A stretch of 64,000 nt of DNA, taken from Candidatus Woesearchaeota archaeon (GTDB lineage: Archaea; Nanobdellota; Nanobdellia; Woesearchaeales; ARS49). The stretch covers positions 4,967-68,966 of the forward strand of contig JAWCRZ010000004.1 in assembly GCA_038868995.1 (NCBI GenBank), in the 5' to 3' direction. Each line of letters opens with the position of its first letter. Position 1 is the first letter of the stretch. A program made the position numbers and the translations under genes. Positions 36,257-45,351 of the stretch are shown here, piece by piece. The notes beneath the pieces were generated by a model. The model was not told where the DNA came from, ran no database searches, and worked only from the letters and a program-made list of their open reading frames with translations.

Positions 36257-36299
36257 TGAAGTAAAACTTCCGTATAACTCATATTTTAACCTTCTCATT

Positions 36300-37190
36300 T
36301 TAGTATTGCTTGAATTGTTTGATTACGTGGTAGAGGTATATTCTCAGCCACGCGATGAACAACACAACGAACAACATTGATATTGGCCGCATTATAGCGG
36401 TTGTTTGAAATAATCTGAATATTTGATAGAGCACTATGTAAATTACAAATGCGTACGTGTATGGAACTATGAGCAGGTGGAGTTTTGAGAGCCCCCAGCC
36501 GAGCCCGTTGGCAATGCTGTATCCCTTTTTCCGTGTTTGCATGTAAAGCGTGTGCATTATTGCTGTAAAATACGCAGCAACGCCCAGTATGAGGGCTATG
36601 CTGGCTCCGGCAATTTGTGTTCCGTAATTTTTTGTTCCGATTAGCATAAAGATGAATATTGGAAGCCAGATTGCCCACCAGCCGAGGTTTAAAAGCGCCC
36701 ATTGTCCGAAGAATTTCTTGTCTGCTTTCTGTCTTGCTATTGTTGTCCAGATGTATCCGCGGGAGAGGACGTATGCTATGAATACAAGTGCAAACAGCAC
36801 GAGCAGTCCGATGTAGAGATAGCTGACAAAGCCCTGCAATGATGCCAGGCTTTGTGCTGCAATTTCCGGGTTTGCGAGCGCTTCCTTGTTGACAAACCCT
36901 GCTGTTTGTGCCGCTGTTGCTTTTGCCTGGAGCCGCCATTGGAAGAAGTATACCGCTCCAAAGACGAAAAGCCAGTAGAGCGCGTCGCAGAGTGCGGTGG
37001 TGAAGAGTGTTTTCCAGCGGGCGAGTGCTGTTATTGCTGTATCCAGCATTTTTTGCGTGTAAGCTTCTTTTGCTGCGAGTAGCACAATGCCTGCAATGCC
37101 GAGCCCTATCCATCCTTGCAGTTTGCTGAAATAGGCGAGTGCTGCTATTATTATTAGCAATCCTCCGATTATGCGGGGTGTGTGTTTCAT
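36300..37190 (-). CDS. Module A4: polytopic membrane protein (counterpart of B3)
   Basis: I chose ATG 37190 because it gives an ATGA overlap with A3 and removes an R/S/T-rich non-membrane leader. There are about seven hydrophobic helices. Confidence 0.7.
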   Translation of the reverse strand: MKHTPRIIGGLLIIIAALAYFSKLQGWIGLGIAGIVLLAAKEAYTQKMLDTAITALARWKTLFTTALCDALYWLFVFGAVYFFQWRLQAKATAAQTAGFVNKEALANPEIAAQSLASLQGFVSYLYIGLLVLFALVFIAYVLSRGYIWTTIARQKADKKFFGQWALLNLGWWAIWLPIFIFMLIGTKNYGTQIAGASIALILGVAAYFTAIMHTLYMQTRKKGYSIANGLGWGLSKLHLLIVPYTYAFVIYIVLYQIFRLFQTTAIMRPISMLFVVLFIAWLRIYLYHVIKQFKQY

Positions 37191-38896
37191 ACAAGTGCTC
37201 CTGGCGTGTCTGCCACTGTCGTGCCTGGCGCGGGTGCTGGCGGTTGTGCTGCGCCCGGCGCTGCTATTTCTGTTGGCGGTCCTGTGTATTCCACGAATGG
37301 TACGCATAACTGGCCGACCATGCTGGAGTGTGCTGCGTGTCCTGATGGAAGCCGTGGGTCAAAGGTTAGGCATACCGCATTGTATTCTGTTGCGCTGAAT
37401 TTGTAAATGTCATCACGCGCTGTTTCCAGGTATTTTATGCTTTGGTCGTTTTTCCACCAGCGTGCCTGCGCTATTGGCGTTCCGTAGCTTGAGTTTAGTG
37501 CTTCTCCCACTCTTCTGAAGATGAGGTTGTAGTTTAGGTCTTTTTCATTTTCTGCGTTGTTTGTCACGCTGTACTGTACGTGGTATAGCCGGAGTTTTAT
37601 TTTGCCGAGTACTCTTGGGTCAAAGGCGGGGTTTGTCAGGTTTATCAACACGCCTTTTATGACTGTGTAGTTGCCGAATAGGTCGAGCATTTGCTGTCGT
37701 GTCATTCCTTCCACTTCTATTGCCTGGCTTCTTTCTGCGTTTAGTGATGCGCTGCTGACAAACCTGCCTCCTGGTCCTCTTCCTGCGAGCACGTTGTCCG
37801 CGCTTATTTTGTAGATGTTGCCGCAGATTGTCGAGACAGCGCAGTTTGTTATTCCTGCTGCGAGGCAGAACTGTTGTTGTATTCTGTTTTTTCTCTCTTG
37901 CACTTCCTTTTCGTATTTTGGCCAGAATAGCGAGGTTAATTGCCGAAGGCCAGCATATTCGTAATACGCCCTGATGACTCTTCCCACTTTCTGCCAGGTG
38001 CTGTACGTCTTCCACGCGGCTGTAAAGCTGAGCGAGTGTTCTCTGATGATTTGGTCGCGCAGCCGGTTTTTTTCTGCTGTGGTTAGCCCTTCCACTTCAT
38101 CTATTTTGTTTACTTCGACTTCAAGGTCTTGTGTTTGAACATTCCATATTGCCTTGTAGTATGTGATATCGCCAACAGTAAATTTAATTTCTTCTGCTAT
38201 GCGCGTGCTGAATGGGTCATCTGTCCTTGATGGCTGGTAATTTGCAGTGAGCGTGCCAACATTCTCGTTTTTTTTGTTGTATATTGCAGTGTTTGTTTCT
38301 GACAGCACGTATCTTTTTTCCTCAGTGTCTTTATCTTTTTTGGTTGCAACCGTGTACTTTTCTGTTTTTGTGATTTGCGAGCCGGGCACTGTCTTCCAGT
38401 CCCCTTCGCATTTTGTCAGCCCGCTTCCGCAGATTTTTGTCACTTGGTCGTATTTTTTCGTCAGTCCATCATCCGCTATGGTGATGGTTGTTTCTGTGGT
38501 TGTTTTGTATTCTTCAAAAACATTGTCTTCTTTTTTAGTAGTGGTTTTGGTGTAGGTGAATTTTCCATTACTATATTGGTATTTTTGCTTGCCAAGCGCT
38601 GCTGCCATGATTGCCGGGATTTCCCTTAAATTATTGGGGACTATTTTATCCTTCTCAGGATTGATGAGTATTGTTCCTTTTGGCACGTCTTCGTTTTTGT
38701 ATTTCTGGTTGTCAGCAACAACAACATAATAATTGTCTGTTATCCGTCCTTTTTCTTTCGCTCTGCCGTCATGTGCTGTTGGCTTTCCTTCCTCGTCTGT
38801 TAGTGTTGGTTTTGAATAGATGCCGCTTTTCTGCGCTTCCACGGCTATTGTGCCGAGCAAAAGTGCCAGTATTGCTATCAAAATTATTTTTCTCAT
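37187..38896 (-). CDS. Module A3: secreted 569-aa protein
   Basis: The signal peptide is MRKIILIAILALLLGTIAVEAQ. There are ATGA overlaps at both ends and a Pro/Ala-rich C-terminus. Confidence 0.75.
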   Translation of the reverse strand: MRKIILIAILALLLGTIAVEAQKSGIYSKPTLTDEEGKPTAHDGRAKEKGRITDNYYVVVADNQKYKNEDVPKGTILINPEKDKIVPNNLREIPAIMAAALGKQKYQYSNGKFTYTKTTTKKEDNVFEEYKTTTETTITIADDGLTKKYDQVTKICGSGLTKCEGDWKTVPGSQITKTEKYTVATKKDKDTEEKRYVLSETNTAIYNKKNENVGTLTANYQPSRTDDPFSTRIAEEIKFTVGDITYYKAIWNVQTQDLEVEVNKIDEVEGLTTAEKNRLRDQIIREHSLSFTAAWKTYSTWQKVGRVIRAYYEYAGLRQLTSLFWPKYEKEVQERKNRIQQQFCLAAGITNCAVSTICGNIYKISADNVLAGRGPGGRFVSSASLNAERSQAIEVEGMTRQQMLDLFGNYTVIKGVLINLTNPAFDPRVLGKIKLRLYHVQYSVTNNAENEKDLNYNLIFRRVGEALNSSYGTPIAQARWWKNDQSIKYLETARDDIYKFSATEYNAVCLTFDPRLPSGHAAHSSMVGQLCVPFVEYTGPPTEIAAPGAAQPPAPAPGTTVADTPGALV

Positions 38897-41800
38897 TCTT
38901 CCATCTCGTCCTCGATGTCTTCCATTCTGTCGCACCAGTTGTTGCCTACTGTGCCGAAGGCATCCTTGTTTTTGCGGTATGTTTTTACTGCCGCTACCGC
39001 CTCTCCAACTGTTGAGACCACTTTGAGTGTTGAGCAGGCGATGAAACCGGTGGGCGCGGTGTCTATTGACCGGCAGGGGATTGTGCAGACCGTGCCGATT
39101 GCAGTCGTGAACAATGCCACCGGGTTTGTGATTAGGTCAAGCACCATATTAATCAGCCGGTCGAAGAACGCGGCAAAGGGGATTAAGCTGAATATTTCGC
39201 CTATGACGAATGCGCACATCATATAGCCGTACATTTCATTGCAGAAGCTTGCGGGGTAGCCGGAAAGTTTGACGTCGTCGTGCAGGCAGACCGCTTTGAA
39301 ACAGCGTATCTGGCGGAGTTTGTCAAGGTTGTAAATGATGCCCGGCAGGCACATGCACATGATGCTGAGTATCAATGAGTTTTTGACGTCGAGGTCGAGC
39401 ATTCCTGAGCCGGTGAAGTCAAGGTTTTGCCACAGTGCGCGCATGTCTGAGCACCAAGGCATTCCTCCACCAATGTATGCCTGTATTCCTGTTCCTTTGC
39501 CTGAAACAGCCGCGCAGTTGACTAATGAGCATACCGAGTCAAGGAATCCAATTATGCCTTCGTAGCTGCCCGCCCAGGCCTCTTCAACATCGCATGTATT
39601 GATTGCTGCACCGCCAACCGCCTTGCCTGCTGGCGCTCCGATGCCTGTTGCCTGTAGTGTTGCCGATGTGATTCCGAGCGCTATCGATACAAGATATAGT
39701 GCGCTGATGATGTTTGTCAGGAGGACTTTAACTTGACATAACAGTTCTCCGTAGTGGAGTATTTTTCTGAGGTCGCTTATCCAGTCGGCGTCCGCCAGTC
39801 CTTTCTTCATTGCCTTCCTTATTTGGTTGTCAATGTTTTGGTTAAGCTCTCCAAGCGGGTTGTCGTAGAACTTGATGGTCATATTGACAGGCAGTTCCTG
39901 TGGCTCTGGTGAGACGTAGTATGCAGTCCTGTTTGCGGTTGTAACTGCGCGTTTTGAATATACGGAAATCGGGCAGTTTATGTTTAACTCGTTGACGTAG
40001 TAGTCGCGTGGCTCTAATTTCAGGAACAAATATGGGTTTTTGCTGTTTTCGAAATTGTTTGTTACGTAGATGTCGTTGAGAGTGAGTTCTATGTCGCCGT
40101 CACATTCGTCAGGCATTGTTGGTCCTGATATGGCAAGTGTGGTAATATCTTGTCTTGGTGTTTGAAGGTCCACTCTGCAGGTTACTATGGGCGGAATTAG
40201 CGAGGCTGTTTTTCTGTCTACAACCGATGGGCTGCACACGACAGGCGGGTTTGGATTCCAATAAGCGGCGTTTGTTTCATTGTCTATTCCGTAAATTTCC
40301 AGCGTCGTGTTTGTTTTTGCAGTGTTGTTGGCGTCGTCTGCAAATGTGAAAGTGAAGTATGCGGTGTATGGACCGCTGATGTCCACTCTGCTTTCAAAGA
40401 CGCAATCCCTGCTTACGTTGCCGGAGTCAGTGCAGCTGGTCGGGCTGGTTCTGGTTTCTCCTCCCACGTCGCTGAAGTTTGCATATGCTGTTGAGAAGTT
40501 CGCGCTTCTTACCGTGTATTGGATGAAATTGCCCCTTACTGCACCGCCTTTGTATTCAAGCCCTTGCTGTCCTGTGATGACTCTGAAATCAATTATCTGT
40601 GGCGGGTATGGCCCTGTGTTGTCATAGATGATGTTGTAGTCTGCGGTTGTTGCGATGCGGTTGCCGAGGTCGTCTGAAGTGTCAGCGAGCACAGTTATCT
40701 TGTAGGTTCCTTCTGCAACCCAGGCAGGCGGAGTGAGAAGCCAGAGGCATCTCCACGTTGCGCCTGAGTAGCGTGAGCACCCATCTGCCTGCGCGTTGCT
40801 GCTCATTCCGAGCGCGCTTAGGTCAAGATACACCCGGCTGCTGGTGAACCCGATGCCTTCTGCTCCCGTGTTGTCCCGGTCTTCAATCTCGAGGACAATT
40901 GGGGCGCCGTAGCCGAATAATGGCAATCCGCCGCGTGTTGCTTCTGAGACAATGTTTTTTACTGTTGGCGGAGTGTCGTCCGCCCTGATAATGCAGGGGA
41001 AGGTTTTTCTTGCCTCATTGCCGAGAATGTCTTTTGCCGTGACTGTTATCTGGCAGGGGCTGACTTCGCTGACTGGTATGTCTCTCCAGCTGTAGAGGTC
41101 TCCTGATGAGAGGTCTGGCGCGAGAATTGTCGGCAAGGTCGGGTTGAGCTGGTGGAAGTCGGCGAAGACCGTTGTTCCGTCAACGCCTCCGTCATCGGCA
41201 ATTGTCACGGTGACTGTTGCGATGCGTTCTTCGCCTGAATGCACATGCGTCAGCACAAATCCTTCCTCGTCCAAAATGGACAATTTCTCAATAGTTGGCG
41301 GGGCCTTGTCAACCCTGACGGTCTTGCAGCGGGGCGCGCTGGCGTAGTTCGCATTGTCGACTGCAGTGGCGCAGACCTGGTTTGTTCCTGCTTTTTGCAG
41401 GGTGAGTGTGAATGTGTTGTCAGCGATGCACTTTCCTTCTCCGGAATCAACTACGCTTTGGTTGCCTGCTGTTATAGTGACGCTTTTGATTCCTCCGCAT
41501 TGTTCGGTGCTTCCATACAGGAGGGCGTAGTCCTCTGCGACGTACGATACCGACACTTGTCCGCTGGTAAGATTTGGCTCTACGGAAAAGGACTTGATGA
41601 CTGGCGCGTTGGCGTCGGCAATGAGTGTTTTTGTCTCGCTTCCCACTATGTTGCCGTCATCATCACGCAGCTCTATCGTGAAATCAATCGGCTCGTATGC
41701 TTCAAAGTCGGGCTCGCGGAATATGCAGGTGTGGTAGCCACCGGTGCTGGGGGTGCAGCTGTCAAACGGCGCATAGCTGTCTTCAACGTACACGCGCACC

Positions 41801-41994
41801 TGGTCGTTGCTGATGATGTCCTCACCTGGGATTTTGACAAGAACTTCTATTGTCAGCTCGTCTTGTGTTCTTGCTACTCCTTTGCTGCTTCCTTTTCCGT
41901 TGAGTTGTTGTATGCTGAGTTCTTGTGCCGCGACAAAAGGTATTGACACTATCAGAACCATCATGAACAGGGAGATGGTGTGGAGTTTTTTCAT
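38893..41994 (-). CDS. Module A2: 1033-aa secreted protein with Ig-like repeats and a hydrophobic Cys-patterned C-terminal region
   Basis: The signal peptide is MKKLHTISLFMMVLIVSIPFVAAQ. Domain boundaries repeat (NAPVIKSFSV, KAPPTIEKLSI, DTPPTVKNIVS, GPYPPQIIDFRV). The C-terminal block with CMCLPGIIYNL...FCNEMYGYMMCAF is shared with B2. Confidence 0.85.
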   Translation of the reverse strand: MKKLHTISLFMMVLIVSIPFVAAQELSIQQLNGKGSSKGVARTQDELTIEVLVKIPGEDIISNDQVRVYVEDSYAPFDSCTPSTGGYHTCIFREPDFEAYEPIDFTIELRDDDGNIVGSETKTLIADANAPVIKSFSVEPNLTSGQVSVSYVAEDYALLYGSTEQCGGIKSVTITAGNQSVVDSGEGKCIADNTFTLTLQKAGTNQVCATAVDNANYASAPRCKTVRVDKAPPTIEKLSILDEEGFVLTHVHSGEERIATVTVTIADDGGVDGTTVFADFHQLNPTLPTILAPDLSSGDLYSWRDIPVSEVSPCQITVTAKDILGNEARKTFPCIIRADDTPPTVKNIVSEATRGGLPLFGYGAPIVLEIEDRDNTGAEGIGFTSSRVYLDLSALGMSSNAQADGCSRYSGATWRCLWLLTPPAWVAEGTYKITVLADTSDDLGNRIATTADYNIIYDNTGPYPPQIIDFRVITGQQGLEYKGGAVRGNFIQYTVRSANFSTAYANFSDVGGETRTSPTSCTDSGNVSRDCVFESRVDISGPYTAYFTFTFADDANNTAKTNTTLEIYGIDNETNAAYWNPNPPVVCSPSVVDRKTASLIPPIVTCRVDLQTPRQDITTLAISGPTMPDECDGDIELTLNDIYVTNNFENSKNPYLFLKLEPRDYYVNELNINCPISVYSKRAVTTANRTAYYVSPEPQELPVNMTIKFYDNPLGELNQNIDNQIRKAMKKGLADADWISDLRKILHYGELLCQVKVLLTNIISALYLVSIALGITSATLQATGIGAPAGKAVGGAAINTCDVEEAWAGSYEGIIGFLDSVCSLVNCAAVSGKGTGIQAYIGGGMPWCSDMRALWQNLDFTGSGMLDLDVKNSLILSIMCMCLPGIIYNLDKLRQIRCFKAVCLHDDVKLSGYPASFCNEMYGYMMCAFVIGEIFSLIPFAAFFDRLINMVLDLITNPVALFTTAIGTVCTIPCRSIDTAPTGFIACSTLKVVSTVGEAVAAVKTYRKNKDAFGTVGNNWCDRMEDIEDEMEE

Positions 41995-44141
41995 GTAATC
42001 ACCGGGTATATTCTGTCAAGGTTTGATTGCGCGTACATGTTGACCTTGTCTATCTGGTTGAGGTCTTCTGCAATGCGCTGGTCTTCGGGAATCCTGTCGA
42101 TTGCAATGATGAATTGCTTGAATTCAATCTTGCTTTTTCCGCGGAGCATTGAGCTTGTTATTTCGTATTCGTATTCAGCGCCTCCGTAGGGGAATGGCGA
42201 TGTTTCGTTGAACACTATCGGTTTTTGAGGCACCCAGAAGCATTTTTTCTTGCTTCCAATTAGCTTTTTGATTTTGAAGCATCTCTCGTCCGGGGGTATG
42301 ATGAGTTCTTTTCTGAGGAAGCTGTTGATATTTATTGTGTAATTGCCTGGAATGATTGTTAGTTCTCCTATCTCGTCGCCTTCGAGGGAAACAACCGAGC
42401 TGAAAGGTTCTTCCCATGAGTTTCCTTTTCTGACAAGTTGTATTGATGTGTCCTGCTCTTCAGGCGGTCTTAATGAGCCTCCTTCCCTGAAGTCCCATTG
42501 TCCTCGCTTGCTTTGTTTTGTTAAGGCGTAATTTCTGATGGTCGCGTTCAAAATGCGCACCGGCTCGAGAAGTAGTTCTGTGCTGAGTGGTTCTTCCCGT
42601 TGCGTGTCAAGCGGTGCTGAATAGCTCGCATAGCCGTCTTTTGTCACTCTTAGGATTCCGCCTATGCATCGTGGGAATTTTCCGGCAAAATTGCCTTCGC
42701 GTGTCTGCCCAATGGTGCAGCTTTGCTGTCCGCAAATATAGCTGATGCTTGCATCACTTAACCCTTTCAGGTTTTCGGCGTCCTTGACAAAAATGTTAAT
42801 CATTCCTGAAGTGCGCTGTGCCGGGTCACAAAATATTGACGGGATTGTACGTGCTGCTGCCGCTTGGAATTCAGGTATGTCTGTGGTGAACGCCTCGGCG
42901 TCCCTCAGGTTTTGTTCGAGCATGAAGTTGAAGCTGTACCCTTCCTGGTTGAATGCATCTGGATTTCTTATTTCCACAAGCACCGGATAGCTGAAATCAT
43001 AGGCAAACTCGTACCTGTTGATTGTTAGTGGAAGTATTGCAAAGTTGGTGGCTGTGTCTGCCCTGCATAGCTCACCGTTGCAGTTTAACTGGAAGTATGG
43101 CTTCCACCAGTCGAGGTAGCTGAAGCGCACGGTAAGGTCTGGGTGGCTTTCGTTGAGGGGTATGAAGAATTGCCGGTTGTAGAAGTTCTCAAAGCTTTCC
43201 GGGTCTCTAACGTCTGCAGGTGCTGATATGTAGCGGTAGTTGCGCACGCTGGATGTCTGTATGATTGGAATGTAGGCAGCGATGATGTCCTGAAGTTTTT
43301 TTCCAACCTCGCTTTTAATCCAGAACACTCCCGGCTTTGGAGGGCCTACTTCAAAGTCTCTTGGCGGGGGCAGTTTTTGTGGGTCAACGTCGCTGAAGCT
43401 GTAGATGAGCGTTTTGGTCGCGCTTTCGAGGAAGCGGTTGTCTTTCTGGTAATTGGTGAGCGTTGTTGCGAGGTTGTAAATTTCGCGCAGGTTGAGGTCA
43501 ATGCTTACATAAGTGTCTTCGATGTCAAAACTCTGGCTGCCGCAGACAGCACGAAGGGGGTATTTGCCTACAAAGAATACGTCTTCTTGTGCAACGTTCG
43601 CAGTGACTTTTGGCTCGCCGAGTTCTTGCACGGTGCAGCCGCGTTTTTGATAGTCCTCAAAGGTACCTAGGCAGCTGCGGAGGTTGTTTGTTACGTATTC
43701 GTCAAGCTGGCTTTCAATGTTGATTTGTCCTTCCCCTCTTCTTAGCCCGGGCCTTTTTGAGCCGAATACGCAGTTTGGCGCTTTACAGTTGTTGCTGCTT
43801 TGCAGGTGCCACCAGTATGCAACTGCAGGTCCTGCTTTTGGCGACATTTGGACTGCTTCTCCTTCTGTTGGTGACAGGATGTTGTAAGTCAGGTATTTCT
43901 GGTCTACATAACCGCCTGAGTCGCCGATTTTTCGTAGTCCGTCTGTTGCGAGGCGTTTGATGCAGCTTTCAACAAAGTCGCGCAATGGCTGCACTTCTTG
44001 TGGAACTGTTGCAATTGTTGGGCGTGCTGCTTCGAATGGCTTCCTTGTTTCGCGTGTGCTTAGGTAGATGGCAGTGCCGATAATGAAAAGGAGAACGATG
44101 CCGATGATGATGAATATGGTTATTTGTCCCCTTTTTGTCAT
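41991..44141 (-). CDS. Module A1: 716-aa protein with a class III (prepilin-like) signal, paralog of B1
   Basis: The N-terminus is MTKRGQITIFIIIGIVLLFIIG. An ATGA overlap joins it to A2. A GTG at 44177 is an alternative start. Confidence 0.8.
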   Translation of the reverse strand: MTKRGQITIFIIIGIVLLFIIGTAIYLSTRETRKPFEAARPTIATVPQEVQPLRDFVESCIKRLATDGLRKIGDSGGYVDQKYLTYNILSPTEGEAVQMSPKAGPAVAYWWHLQSSNNCKAPNCVFGSKRPGLRRGEGQINIESQLDEYVTNNLRSCLGTFEDYQKRGCTVQELGEPKVTANVAQEDVFFVGKYPLRAVCGSQSFDIEDTYVSIDLNLREIYNLATTLTNYQKDNRFLESATKTLIYSFSDVDPQKLPPPRDFEVGPPKPGVFWIKSEVGKKLQDIIAAYIPIIQTSSVRNYRYISAPADVRDPESFENFYNRQFFIPLNESHPDLTVRFSYLDWWKPYFQLNCNGELCRADTATNFAILPLTINRYEFAYDFSYPVLVEIRNPDAFNQEGYSFNFMLEQNLRDAEAFTTDIPEFQAAAARTIPSIFCDPAQRTSGMINIFVKDAENLKGLSDASISYICGQQSCTIGQTREGNFAGKFPRCIGGILRVTKDGYASYSAPLDTQREEPLSTELLLEPVRILNATIRNYALTKQSKRGQWDFREGGSLRPPEEQDTSIQLVRKGNSWEEPFSSVVSLEGDEIGELTIIPGNYTININSFLRKELIIPPDERCFKIKKLIGSKKKCFWVPQKPIVFNETSPFPYGGAEYEYEITSSMLRGKSKIEFKQFIIAIDRIPEDQRIAEDLNQIDKVNMYAQSNLDRIYPVIT

Positions 44142-44206
44142 GTATAGAGCGCCCCAGTGATGACTATTGGAAACCACCTTTTTTTGTATAGGGAACTCTT
44201 GCTTCA

Positions 44207-44223
44207 GGGTTTATAAATGTTGC
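44207..44223 (-). promoter_or_regulatory. Putative BRE/TATA promoter of module A (minus strand GCAACATTTATAAACCC)
   Basis: This 17-mer is 16/17 identical to the rps6e promoter at 45768-45784. The TATA centre lies about 36 nt from GTG 44177 and about 72 nt from ATG 44141. Confidence 0.45.
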
Positions 44224-44396
44224 TGTAGGGCTGTGCAGCCAAGTTTTGTGTCTAAGCAGCTTTGTCCAAGGCTTGCCCTGGGTGATTTTCTTCTCGACTT
44301 GCGTGGGGAAAATCAGTCCCTGGGACCAGAGCTGTGGCAACATTGTCAGTTAATTTGATAGCGCCGTGTAGGGCTTACAGATAGTCAAGAAGCGAA

Positions 44397-45302
44397 TCAC
44401 TTTACTTCAATCGTGACCGGCACCTTGGTGACATCGAGCAGGTCTGAGGCGATGAAGACGATGTGCTTTGTGCCAGCTGTTTTTGGTGTTATGCTTACTT
44501 TGCTGTTTTGCACAAGCACGTCAAGCCCGTCGTCTGTTGTGCTGAGGTATACAAGTTTGTCGTTTTCCGCATCAGTGAAATACTGGTTGACATCTATTGT
44601 GAGCGTTTTGCCGCGTATGGCGGTGAAAGTTTTTGTCTTGCCGGTCCAGGTGGGCGCGGTGTTGTCTTTACGCTTTACTTTGTATGAGAGTTCTTTTATG
44701 TGCAGCCGGCTTCCTTCTGTTACGTCTGCAAATAGTTCTATTGCGTTTGAATCCGCTATTATTTCGCAGGTTTCTTCGCAGATGTCGGTGAATATGCCGT
44801 TCTGGCTTTTGCTTTTCTCGCTGTCAAAGATGAGTTCGAATTTATCCCCTTTCTTGTAGAAAAGTTTTGCTTTTCCGCTGAATTCGCCGCTCGCGGAAAG
44901 CGTCAACGGCCGGTCTTTGAGCGTTACCTGCTGCAGTTTTGGCTCTGTGAATACAAAATCGGTTGGCTGCCTGATGAGGTCTTCAAAGCCCGCCAGTCCG
45001 ACGATGCTTGGCTTGAATACGACAAGTATGCTGAATCCGATGATTAGCACTGCTGCAAGGATTAAATTATACGGCACTTGAACTCTCTGTTTTGCCTCGT
45101 TTACTTTTTTGAAAAGCTGTGTGACCTGGTCGTACGCTAGTTCCTTGTGAAAGTGTTCAAGGGAGCTTTTTTCTATGTCGTGGTAGGCGTTTACGACGTC
45201 AAGATATTTCTGTTTTGCCTCCGAAATTTTGTCTTCGTGCAGCAATTGCTCTGTCTGCGCGTGCAGTTCTACAAATTTTTTGACGAGTTCATCGTCTGCC
45301 AT
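44397..45302 (-). CDS. Bitopic membrane protein with a C-terminal Ig/cadherin-like domain
   Basis: It has a helical N-domain and a TM helix (YNLILAAVLIIGFSILVVF). The C-terminal beta domain is NTAPTWTGKTKTFTAIRGKTLTIDVNQYFTDAENDKLVY. Confidence 0.65.
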   Translation of the reverse strand: MADDELVKKFVELHAQTEQLLHEDKISEAKQKYLDVVNAYHDIEKSSLEHFHKELAYDQVTQLFKKVNEAKQRVQVPYNLILAAVLIIGFSILVVFKPSIVGLAGFEDLIRQPTDFVFTEPKLQQVTLKDRPLTLSASGEFSGKAKLFYKKGDKFELIFDSEKSKSQNGIFTDICEETCEIIADSNAIELFADVTEGSRLHIKELSYKVKRKDNTAPTWTGKTKTFTAIRGKTLTIDVNQYFTDAENDKLVYLSTTDDGLDVLVQNSKVSITPKTAGTKHIVFIASDLLDVTKVPVTIEVK

Positions 45303-45331
45303 CTTTTTCAGCAGTGTTTACAGAATTCGCG

Positions 45332-45339
45332 TATATAAA
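45332..45339 (-). promoter_or_regulatory. Putative TATA box (minus strand TTTATATA)
   Basis: The centre is about 33 nt upstream of ATG 45302. Confidence 0.4.
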
Positions 45340-45351
45340 GTTAATGTCGTA

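Noticed and set aside
36295-37194. 299-aa ORF in an alternative frame on the same strand as the A4 membrane protein; 29319..29885 and 31155..31682 inside B2 are similar
   Set aside because: These are R/H/N/Q-rich out-of-frame translations. The chosen frames give membrane helices or continuous giant ORFs.
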